From contig NIVC01004461.1 of assembly GCA_002269645.1 (NCBI GenBank), forward strand, positions 1-44,971: 44,971 nucleotides of DNA, written 5' to 3'. This stretch comes from Macrostomum lignano (lineage: Eukaryota). The notes under the pieces were generated by a model. That model did no database searches, was not told the origin of the DNA, and saw only the letters and a list, made by a program, of their open reading frames with translations. A program made the translations under genes and the position numbers. Shown one piece after another: positions 12,201 to 22,146 of this stretch (the first letter of the stretch is position 1; the number at the start of each line of letters is the position of its first letter).

Positions 12201-15200
12201 GGTGAAAGCTGCATAACAGTAATCGCGGAACACGAAGCTTCGGTTAGTGGGAGGAGCAAGTGTGCTTGTGTGAGTGATGGGTGTGCTTGTGTGAGTGATG
12301 GGTGTGCTTGTGTGAGTGATGGGTGTGCTTGTGTGAGTTATGGGTGTTTTGTGTGAGAGATGGGTGTGTTTGTGTGAGTTATGGGTGTTTTGTGAATGAT
12401 TGATGTGCTTGTGTGAATGGATAGTGTGCTTGTGTGAGTGATGGGTGTGCTTGTGTGAGAGATGGGTGTGCTTGTGTGAGAGATGGGTGTGCTTGTGTGA
12501 GTGATGGGTGTGCTTGTGTGAGAGATGGGTGTGCTTGTGTGAGTGATGGGTGTGCTTGTGTGAGAGATGGGTGTGCTTGTGTCTTGTGTCTGTGTCCGTT
12601 CCATGTGCCATGGTTTTCGGTGTCCGTTCTTTATACCGTGGGATTAAAATTATTTGCGCTCAGTTTTGACGTTATATCCCCTACTCCGTGCACTTTTTTG
12701 ACCGGAAAACATCTCTTGAATAAGGAATTGAAAAGACGCACCAGAACGGCGATAGTGGCCGGTTGGGCGACAGGCCTGACCAGCGGTACGACGGTCGTGA
12801 TGGTTATGTTGGAGTCAATCCGGAAGCTGGAAAAGACGGTCACTGAGTGCTCCGGGTCCGTCCATATAGCGTCATTCGATTCGTTAAAGGCCACGCTCCG
12901 GCGATATGTCACCGGGAATGTGTCTGCGACAGGGAAGGCGGGTTATCGCCTATTATATGCAAACCCTAACCTATACATGCGCTCACCACCGTCTACCCTA
13001 CTCACCACCGTCTACCCTACTCGCCACCATCTACCCTACTCACCATCATCTACCCTACTCACCATCATCTATCCTACTCACCATCATCTACCCTACTCAC
13101 CTTTATCTACCCTACTCACCACCATCTACCCTACTCACCATCATCTACCCTACTCACCATCATCTCCCCTACTCACCATCATCTACCCTACTCGCCACCA
13201 TCAACCTTACTCGCCATCATCAACCCTACTCACCATCATCTACCCTACTCACCATCATCTCCCCTACTCACCATCATCTACCCTACTCGCCACCATCAAC
13301 CTTACTTGCCATCATCTACCCTACTCACCATCATCTACCCTACGCACTATCATCTACCCTACTCACTATCATCTACCCTACTCACCATCATCTACCCTAC
13401 TCACCATCATCTACCCTACTCACCATCATCTACCCTACTCACTATCATCTACCCTACTCACCATCATCTACCCTACTCACCATCATCTACCCTACTCACC
13501 ATCATCTACCCTACTCACCATCATCTACCCTACTCACCATCATCTACCCTACTCACCATCATCTACCCTACTCACCATCATCTACCCTACTCACCATCAT
13601 CTACCCTACTCACTATCATCTACCCTACTCACCATCATCTACCCTACTCACCATCATCTACCCTACTCACCATCATCTACCCTACTCACTATCATCTACC
13701 CTACTCACCATCATCTACCCTACTCACCATCATCTACCCTACTCACCATCATCTACCCTACTCACTATCATCTACCCTACTCACCATCATCTACCCTACT
13801 CACCATCATCTACCCTACTCACTATCATCTACCCTACTCACCATCATCTACCCTACTCACCATCATCTACCCTACTCACCATCATCTACCCTACTCACCA
13901 TCATCTACCCTACTCAGCATCATCTACCCTACTCACCATTATCTCCCTACTCACCATCATCTACCCTACTCACTATCATCTACCCTACTCACCATCATCT
14001 ACCCTACTCACCATCATCTACCCTACTCACCATCATCTACCCTACTCACTATCATCTACCCTACTCACCATCATCTACCCTACTCACCATCATCTACCCT
14101 ACTCACCATCATCTACCCTACTCACCATCATCTACCCTACTCACCATCATCTACCCTACTCACCATCATCTACCCTACTCACCATCATCTACCCTACTCA
14201 CCATCATCTACCCTACTCACCATCATCTACCCTACTCACCATCATCTACCCTACTCACCATCATCTACCCTACTCACCATCATCTACCCTACTCACCATC
14301 ATCTACCCTACTCACCATCATCTACCCTACTCACTATCATCTACCCTACTCACCATCATCTACCCTACTCACCATCATCTACCCTACTCACCATCATCTA
14401 CCCTACTCACTATCATCTACCCTACTCACCATCATCTACCCTACTCACCATCATCTACCCTACTCACCATCATCTACCCTACTCACTATCATCTACCCTA
14501 CTCACCATCATCTACCCTACTCACCATCATCTACCCTACTCACTATCATCTACCCTACTCACCATCATCTACCCTACTCACCATCATCTACCCTACTCAC
14601 CATCATCTACCCTACTCACTATCATCTACCCTACTCACCATCATCTACCCTACTCACCATTATCTCCCCTACTCACCATCATCTACCCTACTCGCCATCA
14701 TCTACCCTACTCACCATCATCTACCCTACTCACATTCTCGGCCCCTCCCCACCTCTGCAGTGTACCCTCGGCAGTCAATCCTACCTGGCAGATTAGAAAA
14801 CTGCTTAGCCGTGCCGTCACCGAAGTTAAAAATGGTGGACAAGTTGGAGCCGAGGCTGATCCTGACGGTAGCTCGGAACTCCTCCATCACAGGATAATAT
14901 CCTGGCGTATTGTTGGCAAAGTCCAGCTCCAGTGACAGCTGGGCGCTGATGGGATAGTACACCTTGTAGGATTTGGTCTTGTGCTCCTCGGCCTCCGGCG
15001 TGGTAAACTTAACGTAAACTAGGCCGCGTCGGTCTGCAATACGAGCCACGATTTTCTAATGCTGAACCCGCACTTTTTACTATGAGTAGACTGTTGTGCG
15101 AATAAATTCTAAAGTTTTTTCAGTCTACGAGCTACGGCCTTAAAACTCGTATTTTATTTGCTCTATTCGGAAAAAAATCTATTCCAAGCGGACTCACTGG

Positions 15201-17294
15201 AGAAGGTCGGGCGCACAGGGATCTCGGTGGAGTCAGTCAGCTGGTTGGAGATCGGCACCGTGAAGTGCTGGCTGATGCTGGCTTGCTCATCCACATCAAC
15301 AGCTCTGATGGTGACGGGGAACCTGGCGGAGGCGCTGACGTCAGCCTTGGGCAACTCGGCGAATATTGTTGTCGGCGTGCGGAGCTGAGCTGCAAATTTG
15401 AGGCGGTGGTGAATTGAGCAGTGCAAAGGCCTTTGATTTCATCATGACTCACGAGTAGTTCTCAGGGTAAAGCATAGCTACCGTAGGGACTTCAGTTTTG
15501 TGACATCCGGGTTACCCTGTTCAAGGATTAACATCCTACATCCGTTGGGGGTTGTAGCCTAGTTGATTGAGCGTCGGACTCACGACTGAAAGGTCGGGGT
15601 TCGATTCCCGATCCCACTCGGAACAATTTGTGTCCTTGAGCAACACACTTAACTCTGCATTGCTTCAGTTCACCCAGCTGGGGTAATTGAGGCTGTGTGG
15701 GGCGACCCCCAGTCCTTGGACTGAACAGCCGTACGCAGCCTTCAGATGCGCCGCGCAATAGCTGCGGCTGAGCTGTCGGTAGCGCATCCGGCCACTAGGG
15801 CAGGTGTAATCAATTATTTATTTATTATTATTTTTATTACATCCGGGTTACCCTGTTCAAGGATAAGCATCGTATCTCCATGTAGTTTGTGCATCACCTT
15901 GTAATCTTAAATTTAGTTTGAGAAGACTAAAGTTCTTTTGTTCAAGAGTTTGAACTCGGGTTCGAGTTTGCTCAATCTATCAATGACTATCAAAATCTCG
16001 ATTCGCAATTCAACACAGGCAACTCGTCTTACTCGAGGACGCTAGTAGAGTGGCATTGAAGATGGGGTTCTGCACCAGCGCCTGATAGACAGTCTGCTCA
16101 GTTATGAAGCATGAATCATTGGACGCCGGGCACATGCTGTCGTAGGGGTTGCCGCAGTTGACAGAGCTCTCCAGACTAGTGTAGTTCTCGTTGCCGCAGA
16201 AACAGGCCGTGTGGCTGTAAGCCGCGTACCTGGTTGGGGATGGGAGTTTAATTGATTGGGACGAATTGTTTTAGTGTTGAATTGCAGGATTGCAGGATAT
16301 TAATAATCGTGAACCGATTTTGGCTGCAATAATATTTTGTGTCTCAGCTTATTATTACGAAATCTCACTCTCTGAAATTCAGCTTTTTGAAGCAAAAATT
16401 TAGCAAAGTACAGTGGGAGATTGGGGAGAAATTAGATTTGCGGCGAAATTTCGATTTTCACCTAAATTTTCGACCGATTTTGTCTATGGTTAAAACGCTA
16501 AACGCACAAAATATTGCGACATCTATGAATTCAAGTCCACCCTGTCAACAGCTATCTTTATTGAATCATCCGCAAACTGAGCTGCTTACGCGATAGTATC
16601 CTCCTGTGTAGCGCAATGCAGCAGACATGACTCCAAAGTGATTGGAATGTCGGAGAAGCTGGCGCCCTGCAAGCCGGGATTGCGCCTGTAGGAGCGCTGA
16701 AAAGTGTCGTTTAGAGCCACGACCTGGCAGCCGTAGTTGGCAGCTGCGACTGAAAATTGGGTAGAAAATTCCATAAATGTAGCAGAAGACAGACTAGAAT
16801 TCCGCCATTGACTAATGCAGCTGTACTGACCTTAAACTGACTAGAATTCCGCCATAGACTAATGCAGCTGTACTGACCTTAAACTGACTAGAATTCCGCC
16901 ATAGACTAATGTAGCTGTACTGACCTTAAACTGACTAGAATTCCGCCATTGACTAATGTAGCTGTACTGACCTTAAACTGACTAGAACCGCCATAGACTA
17001 ATGTAGCTGTACTGACCTTAAACTGACTAGAATTCCGCCATAGACTAATGTAGCTGTACTGACCTTAAACTGACTAGAACCGCCATAGACTAATGTAGCT
17101 GTACTGACCTTAAACTGACTAGAACCGCCATAGACTAATGTAGCTGTACATTAGTACATTACTAATGTAGCTACAAGATTTACAACAACAGTGACAAAAA
17201 AATGCTTTTTACCTGCGGTAGCCGTCGTTGCCAGGCTAAGCAGAACCGCGGTGACCAAGGCGGCAACAGCGAAAGCATTGCGCAGCTTTGCCAT
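207..17294 (-). CDS. Polycystin-1-like (PKD1-like) receptor, 17 exons, 3'-partial (GPS/TM part lies beyond the left edge)
   Basis: Phase-consistent GT-AG exon chain: 17213-17294, 16590-16749, 16033-16229, 15198-15389, 14785-15033, 12742-12923, 11470-12169, 11140-11336, 9164-11033, 7637-8495, 7277-7548, 4640-4969, 2877-3223, 1941-2490, 1706-1842, 348-1201, 207-280 (7252 nt). Signal peptide MAKLRNAFAVAALVTAVLLSLATTATA; WSC-like TLESCLLHC..YAAYSHTACFCGN; PKD motifs (WDFGDG, INFGDG, FNFGDG); REJ motifs (FDASCSVNPN, CVSNC, LPAGQEANNYTLTICVSVFD); GAIN-like SSPVLSVGIY..VKDL..VEVWV. Confidence 0.9.
348..1201 (-). CDS. PKD1-like exon 16 (GAIN-B-like with T/S- and Cys-rich insertions)
   Basis: ORF 344-1201; SSPVLSVGIY..VKDL; YLVFISAGKAPTEQNYD; GTGAGT donor. 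Confidence 0.85.
1270..1593 (-). mobile_element. tRNA-derived SINE with CORE-like central domain, copy 1
   Basis: Minus strand: A box TAGCCTAGTGG, B box GTTCGATTC, CORE-like TGTGTCCTTGAGCAAGACACTTAACTCTGCATTGCCTCAGTTCACCCAGCTGTAAAAT, AT-rich tail. Flanked by tttaacct at 1262-1269 and 1594-1601. Second copy at 15529-15838. Confidence 0.85.
1706..1842 (-). CDS. PKD1-like exon 15
   Basis: KKFGKGSGKDSGCSIG..AVVAQ; GTGAGT donor; ccgcag acceptor chosen by phase. Confidence 0.65.
1941..2490 (-). CDS. PKD1-like exon 14 (helical GAIN-A-like region)
   Basis: Extends ORF 1927-2481; GTAAGT donor. Confidence 0.85.
2877..3223 (-). CDS. PKD1-like exon 13 (end of REJ)
   Basis: LPAGQEANNYTLTICVSVFDG; GTGAGC donor. 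Confidence 0.85.
3470..4075. mobile_element. Putative non-autonomous DNA transposon remnant
   Basis: Imperfect ~50-bp inverted repeats at 3498-3546 and 3985-4036, with weaker similarity extending outward. No TSD identified. Confidence 0.45.
4281..4613 (+). mobile_element. 333-bp insertion between 13-bp direct repeats, with a Helitron-like 3' end
   Basis: tagagacactaaa at 4268-4280 and 4614-4626; internal GATGCTTGCTAT repeats; imperfect GC hairpin at 4583-4602 followed by CTAG|T. Confidence 0.4.
4640..4969 (-). CDS. PKD1-like exon 12 (REJ)
   Basis: RTSSGLSIDPPNFFPEGDGYYIIRLRAW..VNQGP..IYPANGESMKTKFFFTC; GTGAGT donor. Confidence 0.85.
5283..5392 (+). ncRNA. Spliced-leader (SL) RNA-like sequence (variant gene, pseudogene or SL-derived element)
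   Basis: 5285-5328 matches the Macrostomum SL exon as recalled from the literature (CCGTAAAGACGGTCTCTTACTGCGAAGACTCAATTTATTGCATG, not re-verified) at 33/44 ungapped. Sm-site-like ATTCTTTCGG at 5355-5364 and short hairpin CGGA-AAG-TCCG at 5378-5388. The terminal ATG|GT is absent. Confidence 0.55.
5444..6931 (+). mobile_element. Unclassified interspersed element, possibly a solo LTR
   Basis: Starts TGTAGTG, ends ..CAGCACA, has TATAAATA near 6253, internal duplicated ~50-bp motif (6700-6812), no ORF. TSD not confirmed (gcatc vs gcaaa). Confidence 0.3.
5859..6212. mobile_element. MITE nested in the LTR-like element
   Basis: TIRs taggcttttca / tgaaaagccta with flanking tag duplication; internal inverted ttccagaaccagaatcgg / ccgattctggttctggaa. 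Confidence 0.65.
7277..7548 (-). CDS. PKD1-like exon 11 (REJ)
   Basis: CVSNCFRRK..SVNPKVVTKF..YGFFWQC; the donor G|GTCGGA is weak and was chosen by phase. Confidence 0.75.
7637..8495 (-). CDS. PKD1-like exon 10 (REJ)
   Basis: Extends ORF 7633-8388; LLSFDASCSVNPN; ttacag acceptor, GTGAGC donor. Confidence 0.85.
9164..11033 (-). CDS. PKD1-like exon 9 (PKD repeats, start of REJ)
   Basis: ORF 9156-11027 (623 aa) with several (W/N)DFGDG PKD motifs; ctgcag acceptor, G|GTCAGT donor. Confidence 0.9.
11140..11336 (-). CDS. PKD1-like exon 8 (PKD-like)
   Basis: YTSHTKVPYQIGSHSGSKPVYSWSVN..SDGFYNVCLTTVNHVSSFFVC; GTAAGT donor. Not in the ORF track. Confidence 0.8.
11470..12169 (-). CDS. PKD1-like exon 7 (Cys cluster and PGDL-containing region)
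   Basis: CSSGSVYCNRANACTNNC..; GLSLIPGDLLALYD; GTGAGT donor. Confidence 0.85.
12260..12585. repeat. 21-bp minisatellite (GTGTGCTTGTGTGAGTGATGG) in PKD1-like intron 6
   Basis: About 15 direct tandem copies. Confidence 0.95.
12742..12923 (-). CDS. PKD1-like exon 6
   Basis: Within ORF 12631-12912; gtcgcag acceptor, CTG|GTGCGT donor gives the phase 0 needed by exon 7. Confidence 0.7.
12975..14735. repeat. 19-bp minisatellite (CTACCCTACTCACCATCAT) in PKD1-like intron 5
   Basis: About 90 tandem copies; explains three overlapping repetitive ORFs. Confidence 0.97.
14785..15033 (-). CDS. PKD1-like exon 5 (PKD domain)
   Basis: ISLGSNLSTIFNFGDG; ttgcag acceptor, CAG|GTAGGA donor. Confidence 0.8.
15198..15389 (-). 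CDS. PKD1-like exon 4
   Basis: Within ORF 15163-15426; tttgcag acceptor, GTGAGT donor; 192 nt keeps phase 1. Confidence 0.75.
15529..15838 (+). mobile_element. tRNA-derived SINE with CORE-like central domain, copy 2
   Basis: A/B boxes, CORE-like block and (TAT/TATT)n tail; exact 26-bp flanking duplication acatccgggttaccctgttcaaggat at 15503-15528 and 15839-15864. Confidence 0.9.
16033..16229 (-). CDS. PKD1-like exon 3 (WSC domain, second half)
   Basis: YAAYSHTACFCGNENYTSLESSVNCGNPYDSMCPASNDSC; GTAAG donor. Confidence 0.8.
16590..16749 (-). CDS. PKD1-like exon 2 (WSC domain, first half)
   Basis: ttttcag acceptor, ..ITLESCLLHCATQEDTIA, GTAAGC donor; phase 1 in, phase 2 out. Confidence 0.8.
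16792..17148. repeat. 47-bp minisatellite in PKD1-like intron 1
   Basis: gactagaattccgccatagactaatgtagctgtactgaccttaaact, about 7.5 copies. Confidence 0.93.
17213..17294 (-). CDS. PKD1-like exon 1 (start codon, signal peptide)
   Basis: ATG at 17294, hydrophobic signal peptide, donor CAG|GTAAAA. Confidence 0.8.
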
Positions 17295-18322
17295 CGCAAA
17301 AATAGCTAAAAGAAAACGGACTATGCAAACTTTTTTCAGACTTTCTTTTCTACAAATCTTGATTGAAAATGTCTCAACAAGATAATCGTTGTGAGAGTTG
17401 GCCAGTCTAGAAACCGGACTTAGCCGCGGAGCGCTGGCTGGGGGAGCGGATGACGTCCCGGTTTTTAATCAAGTACCCAGCCGGGCCGCCCGCATCAAAA
17501 TCCAACCCCGCTTCCGGGTTTGCTTGTTGCCGTCGTTTCCATAGTAACATATCCTGCCTAAACTGCATTGGCTTCCAGATATTTCCCGACACGATCGGCC
17601 CCCATCCCCAATCTCCCCATTCTGGGGGGGGGAGGTAGCGGCTGTGCAGGCGCCAGTCTCATCCTCCCATATCTCAGCATCTTCTCTAGCTCCGCTGCCA
17701 ACCCCTCCCAGCCAGCAACAATTGATAAAACTATCAAAATTAACCCCCCCATACACACACTCAATCCCCAGCTGACCATTAGTCTTTATTTATCGATTCC
17801 GAGAGAGACAGAGGGGACCAAATGAATGATGGGGAGGCGGACATTGAAGTGGACAGGGAAAGAAATAATGAGGAGTGTCAGCTTTGGCGAGGAAGTTTTT
17901 TGTCCATCCCTACCATTGTATGCAGGCCACCGGCAGGTTGCGCCACACTGCAGCATCGCAGCCGCCGACCCACCGTGCCTCATCCCCACATAAGGCGAGG
18001 CCCCCCTTGCCTCAAGTCTCTCAGCACTGTCAGTTATTTCAATTCATTTTTCTATCCATCTCTCTCTGTGCCCATTGCCCACAGTTGTGCCAGTCGCCAT
18101 GCGCACGGGACAACAAGAAGGATAAACTTTTAGTGACTCCGCCGAGGGGGCGGGAGGCATAATGAGACCCCCCAGCAGCTGCTGCTGAATGCTCTACTGG
18201 GATGGCGGGGTGCGGGGGGACTCAAAGCCATGAGTTTCCGCAGCAGCAGCTGCTTTTGCGGACCAGATAACTAATTGCGATATATTGGGCATTGCAAGCA
18301 GCACTTCATTGAGTAGTGCAGA

Positions 18323-18617
18323 CTTATACTCAGCAACATTGAAAAGTCGCCACCCTTTGCCCCAGTGAGCAGAGTCTTTCGACCAGTGTCTATCACCTGG
18401 CCAACCATTTTGATATTTAAAAATGCTTCAAAAACAATGAAAACCGAGCGGAAGCTTCAATCCATCAAATCTTCGCCATCCGCTCCTCCCGATCCCTCCT
18501 CACCCAGCTCAACTCTGCGTCACGTGGCGCAAGTTGCGTCACTCAAAAGTCAATACTGAGCTGGAATTTACTGCGCAGTCTCAAGGGGGGCGACTTTTTA
18601 ATGTTGTTGAGTATAAG
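18323..18617. mobile_element. MITE-like element with ~36-bp TIRs
   Basis: cttatactcagcaacattgaaaagtcgcc vs the reverse complement of ggcgactttttaatgttgttgagtataag (27/29 identical). Confidence 0.7.
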
Positions 18618-18666
18618 CCCTTTATTTTGGTTGGAAGGGCTGCGATCCTAAGCTGCCAATATTTGG

Positions 18667-19197
18667 CCTCTTGGTGGCCGCCCCTGTCGCTTAGTGGCCG
18701 CATCTGTCTCTTAGTGGCCGCATCTGTCTCTTGGTGGCCGCATCTGTCTCTTGGTGGCTGCCCCTGTCTCTTGGTGGCTGCCCCTGTCTCTTGGTGGCCG
18801 CATCTGTCTCTTGGTGGCTGCCCCTGTCTCTTGGTGGCTGCCCCTGTCTCTTGGTGGCCGCCCCTGTCTCTTGGTGGCCGCCCCTGTCTCTTGGTGGCCG
18901 CCCCTGTCTCTTAGTGGCCGCCCCTGTCTCTTGGTGGCCGCCCCTGTCTCTTGGTGGCCGCCCCTGTCTCTTGGTGGCTGCCCCTGTCTCTTGGTGGCTG
19001 CCCCAGTCTCTTGATGGCTGCCCCTGTCTCTTGGTGGCCGCATCTGTCTCTTGGTGGCCGCCCCTGTCTCTTGGTGGCTGCCCCTGTCTCTTGGTGGCTG
19101 CCCCTGTCTCTTGGTGGCTGCCCCTGTCTCTTGGTGGCCGCCCCTGTCTCTTGGTGGGCATACTCTGTCTCTTGGTGGGCATACTCTGTCTTGGTGG
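18667..19197. repeat. 20-bp GC-rich minisatellite (CTTGGTGGCCGCCCCTGTCT)
   Basis: About 26 tandem copies. Confidence 0.95.
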
Positions 19198-19530
19198 CAC
19201 GCAAGGACTACTCAAGTAACATATAGGACGCAACACTCGAAATCTATGGTAAATGTTTTGAAGGCAACTTTTCGCCGAAAAATACACTACAGAGATAGGA
19301 GGTTTTAATTTTTTCAGCACAAAAATTCTCCTATCAAAAGCAATTGTTATTGCTTTTGATAGGAGGCAGATCCAGTGTTCATCTTTTGATATGTTGTGCC
19401 TTTCTTTATTGCTCTATCGATATTCATAAAGCTTTTCGTTCAGAAATAGTTTTAAAGGCAGGTTAAACCGGAAAAATACACTGCGGAGATAGAAAATTTC
19501 ACAATTTTCAGCACCAAAACAGTGATTGGG

Positions 19531-19759
19531 TCTCTTAACAGTGTCAGAGAAAGTTCTAATTACAATATTTTGTGCCTCACATGCTGCTCTCACGACGCAT
19601 TAGTCGATTTTTCATGTTAAATTGGTCTGTCACTTGAAAAAACGTTTAAAATAATAACAAGAGCAATTTAAAATGAAAAATCGACTAATGCGTCGTAAGA
19701 GCAGCATGTGAGGCACAAAATATTGTAATTAGAACTTTCTCCGACACTGTTAGAAGAGA
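19531..19759. repeat. Long inverted repeat (~85-bp arms, ~57-bp spacer)
   Basis: Arms 19531-19615 and 19673-19759 are reverse complements with few mismatches. Confidence 0.9.
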
Positions 19760-22146
19760 ATATCAGATAATTAAGAATGTCAAAGAATTGAGAATGTCAG
19801 AGAATTGAGAATGTTAGAGAATTGAGAATGTCAGAGAATTGAGAATGTCAGAGAATCAAGAATGTCAGAGAATTGAGAACGTCAGAGAATTGAGAACGTC
19901 AGAGAATTGAGAATATCAGATAATTGAGAATATCAGATAATTGAGAATATCAGATAATTGAGAATGTCAGAGAATTGAGAATGTCAGAGAATTGAGAACG
20001 TCAGAGAATTGAGAATATCAGATAATTGAGAATATCAGATAATTGAGAATGTCAGAGAATTGAGAATGTCAGAGAATTGAGAATGTCAGAGAATTGAGAA
20101 CGTCAGAGAATTGAGAATATCAGATAATTGAGAATGTCAGAGAATTGAGAATGTCAGAGAATTGAGAACGTCAGAGAATTGAGAATGTCAGAGAATTGAG
20201 AACGTCAGAGAATTGAGAACGTCAGAGAATTGAGAATATCAGAGAATTGAGAATGTCAGAGAATTGAGAACGTCAGAGAATTGAGAATATCAGATAATTG
20301 AGAATGTCAGAGAATTGAGAATATCAGATAATCGAGAATGTCAGAGAATTGAGAACGTCAGAGAATTGAGAACGTCAGAGAATTGAGAATATCAGATAAT
20401 TGAGAATGTCAGAGAATTGAGAATATCAGATAATCGAGAATGTCAGAGAATTGAGACTGTCAAAGAATTGAGAATGTCAGAGAATTGAGAACGTCAGAGA
20501 ATTGAGAATGTCAGAGAATTGAGACTGTCAGAGAATTGAGAACTTCAGAGAATTGAGACTGTCAGAGAATTGAGAATATCAGATAATCGAGAATGTCAGA
20601 GAATTGAGACTGTCAAAGAATTGAGAATGTCAGAGAATTGAGAATGTCAGAGAATTGAGAACGTCAGAGAATTGAGAATGTCAGAGAATTGAGACTGTCA
20701 GAGAATTGAGAACTTCAGAGAATTGAGACTGTCAGAGAATTGAGAATATCAGATAATCGAGAATGTCAGAGAATTGAGACTGTCAAAGAATTGAGAATGT
20801 CAGAGAATTGAGAATGTCGGAGAATTGAGAATGTCAGAGAATTGAGAATGTCAGAGAATTGAGAATGTCGGAGAATTGAGAATGTCAGAGAATTGAGAAT
20901 GTCAGAGAATTGAGAACTTCAGAGAATTGAGACTGTCAGAGAATTGAGAATATCAGATAATCGAGAATGTCAGAGAATTGAGAATGTCGGAGAATTGAGA
21001 ATGTCAAAGAACTGAGAATGTCAGAGAATTGAGAACGTCAGAGAATTGAGAATGTCAGAGAATTGAGCATGTCGGAGAATTGAGAATGTCAAAGAACTGA
21101 GACTGTCAAAGAATTGAGAATGTCAAAGAACTGAGAATGTCAGAGAATTGAGAACGTCAGAGAATTGAGAATGTCAGAGAATTGAGCATGTCGGAGAATT
21201 GAGAATGTCAGAGAATTGAGCATGTCGGAGAATTGAGAACGTCAGAGAATTGAGAATATCAGATAATTGAGAATGTCAGAGAATTGAGAATATCAGATAA
21301 TCGAGAATGTCAGAGAATTGAGAACGTCAGAGAATTGAGAACGTCAGAGAATTGAGAACGTCAGAGAGTTGAGAATGTCGGAGAATTGAGAACGTCAGAG
21401 AATTGAGAATGTCAGAGAATTGAGACTGTCAAATAATTGAGAATGTCAAAGAACTGAGAATGTCAGAGAATTGAGAACGTCAGAGAATTGAGAACGTTTT
21501 GAGAATTGAGAATGTCAGAGAATTGAGAACGTCAGAGAATTGAGAACGTTTTGAGAATTGAGAATGTCAGAGAATTGAGCATGTCGGAGAATTGAGAATG
21601 TCAGAGAATTGAGCATGTCGGAGAATTGAGAATGTCAAAGAACTGAGACTGTCAGAGAATTGAGAATGTCAAAGAACTGAGAATGTCAGAGAATTGAGAA
21701 CGTCAGAGAATTGAGAATGTCAGAGAATTGAGCATGTCGGAGAATTGAGAACGTCAGAGAATTGAGAATGTCGGAGAATTGAGACTGTCAGAGAATTGAG
21801 AATGTCAGAGAATTGAGAACGTCAGAGAATTGAGAATGTCAGAGAATTGAGCATGTCGGAGAATTGAGAATGTCAGAGAATTGAGAATGTCGGAGAATTG
21901 AGAATGTCGGAGAATTGAGAACGTCAGAGAGTTGAGAATGTCGGAGAATTGAGAACGTCAGAGAATTGAGAATGTCAGAGAATTGAGACTGTCAAATAAT
22001 TGAGAATGTCAAAGAACTGAGAATGTCAGAGAATTGAGAACGTCAGAGAATTGAGAACGTTTTGAGAATTGAGAATGTCAGAGAATTGAGAACGTCAGAG
22101 AATTGAGAACGTTTTGAGAATTGAGAATGTCAGAGAATTTAGAATC
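19757..22146. repeat. 17-bp satellite (GAGAATTGAGAATGTCA), large array S1
   Basis: About 140 monomers with recurring variant blocks. Confidence 0.97.

Noticed and set aside
11949-12611. His/Thr-rich 220-aa ORF
   Set aside because: Product of the 21-bp repeat in intron 6.
12434-14935. 833-, 663- and 496-aa plus-strand ORFs
   Set aside because: Stop-free translations of the 19-bp minisatellite in overlapping frames, inside an intron of the opposite-strand gene.
15545-15620. tRNA gene (CAC anticodon-like loop)
   Set aside because: Stems pair poorly and it continues into a SINE body with tail and TSD; it is a SINE head (same for about 1505-1580).
18691-19320. Several 90-210-aa repetitive ORFs
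   Set aside because: Translations of the 20-bp minisatellite on both strands.
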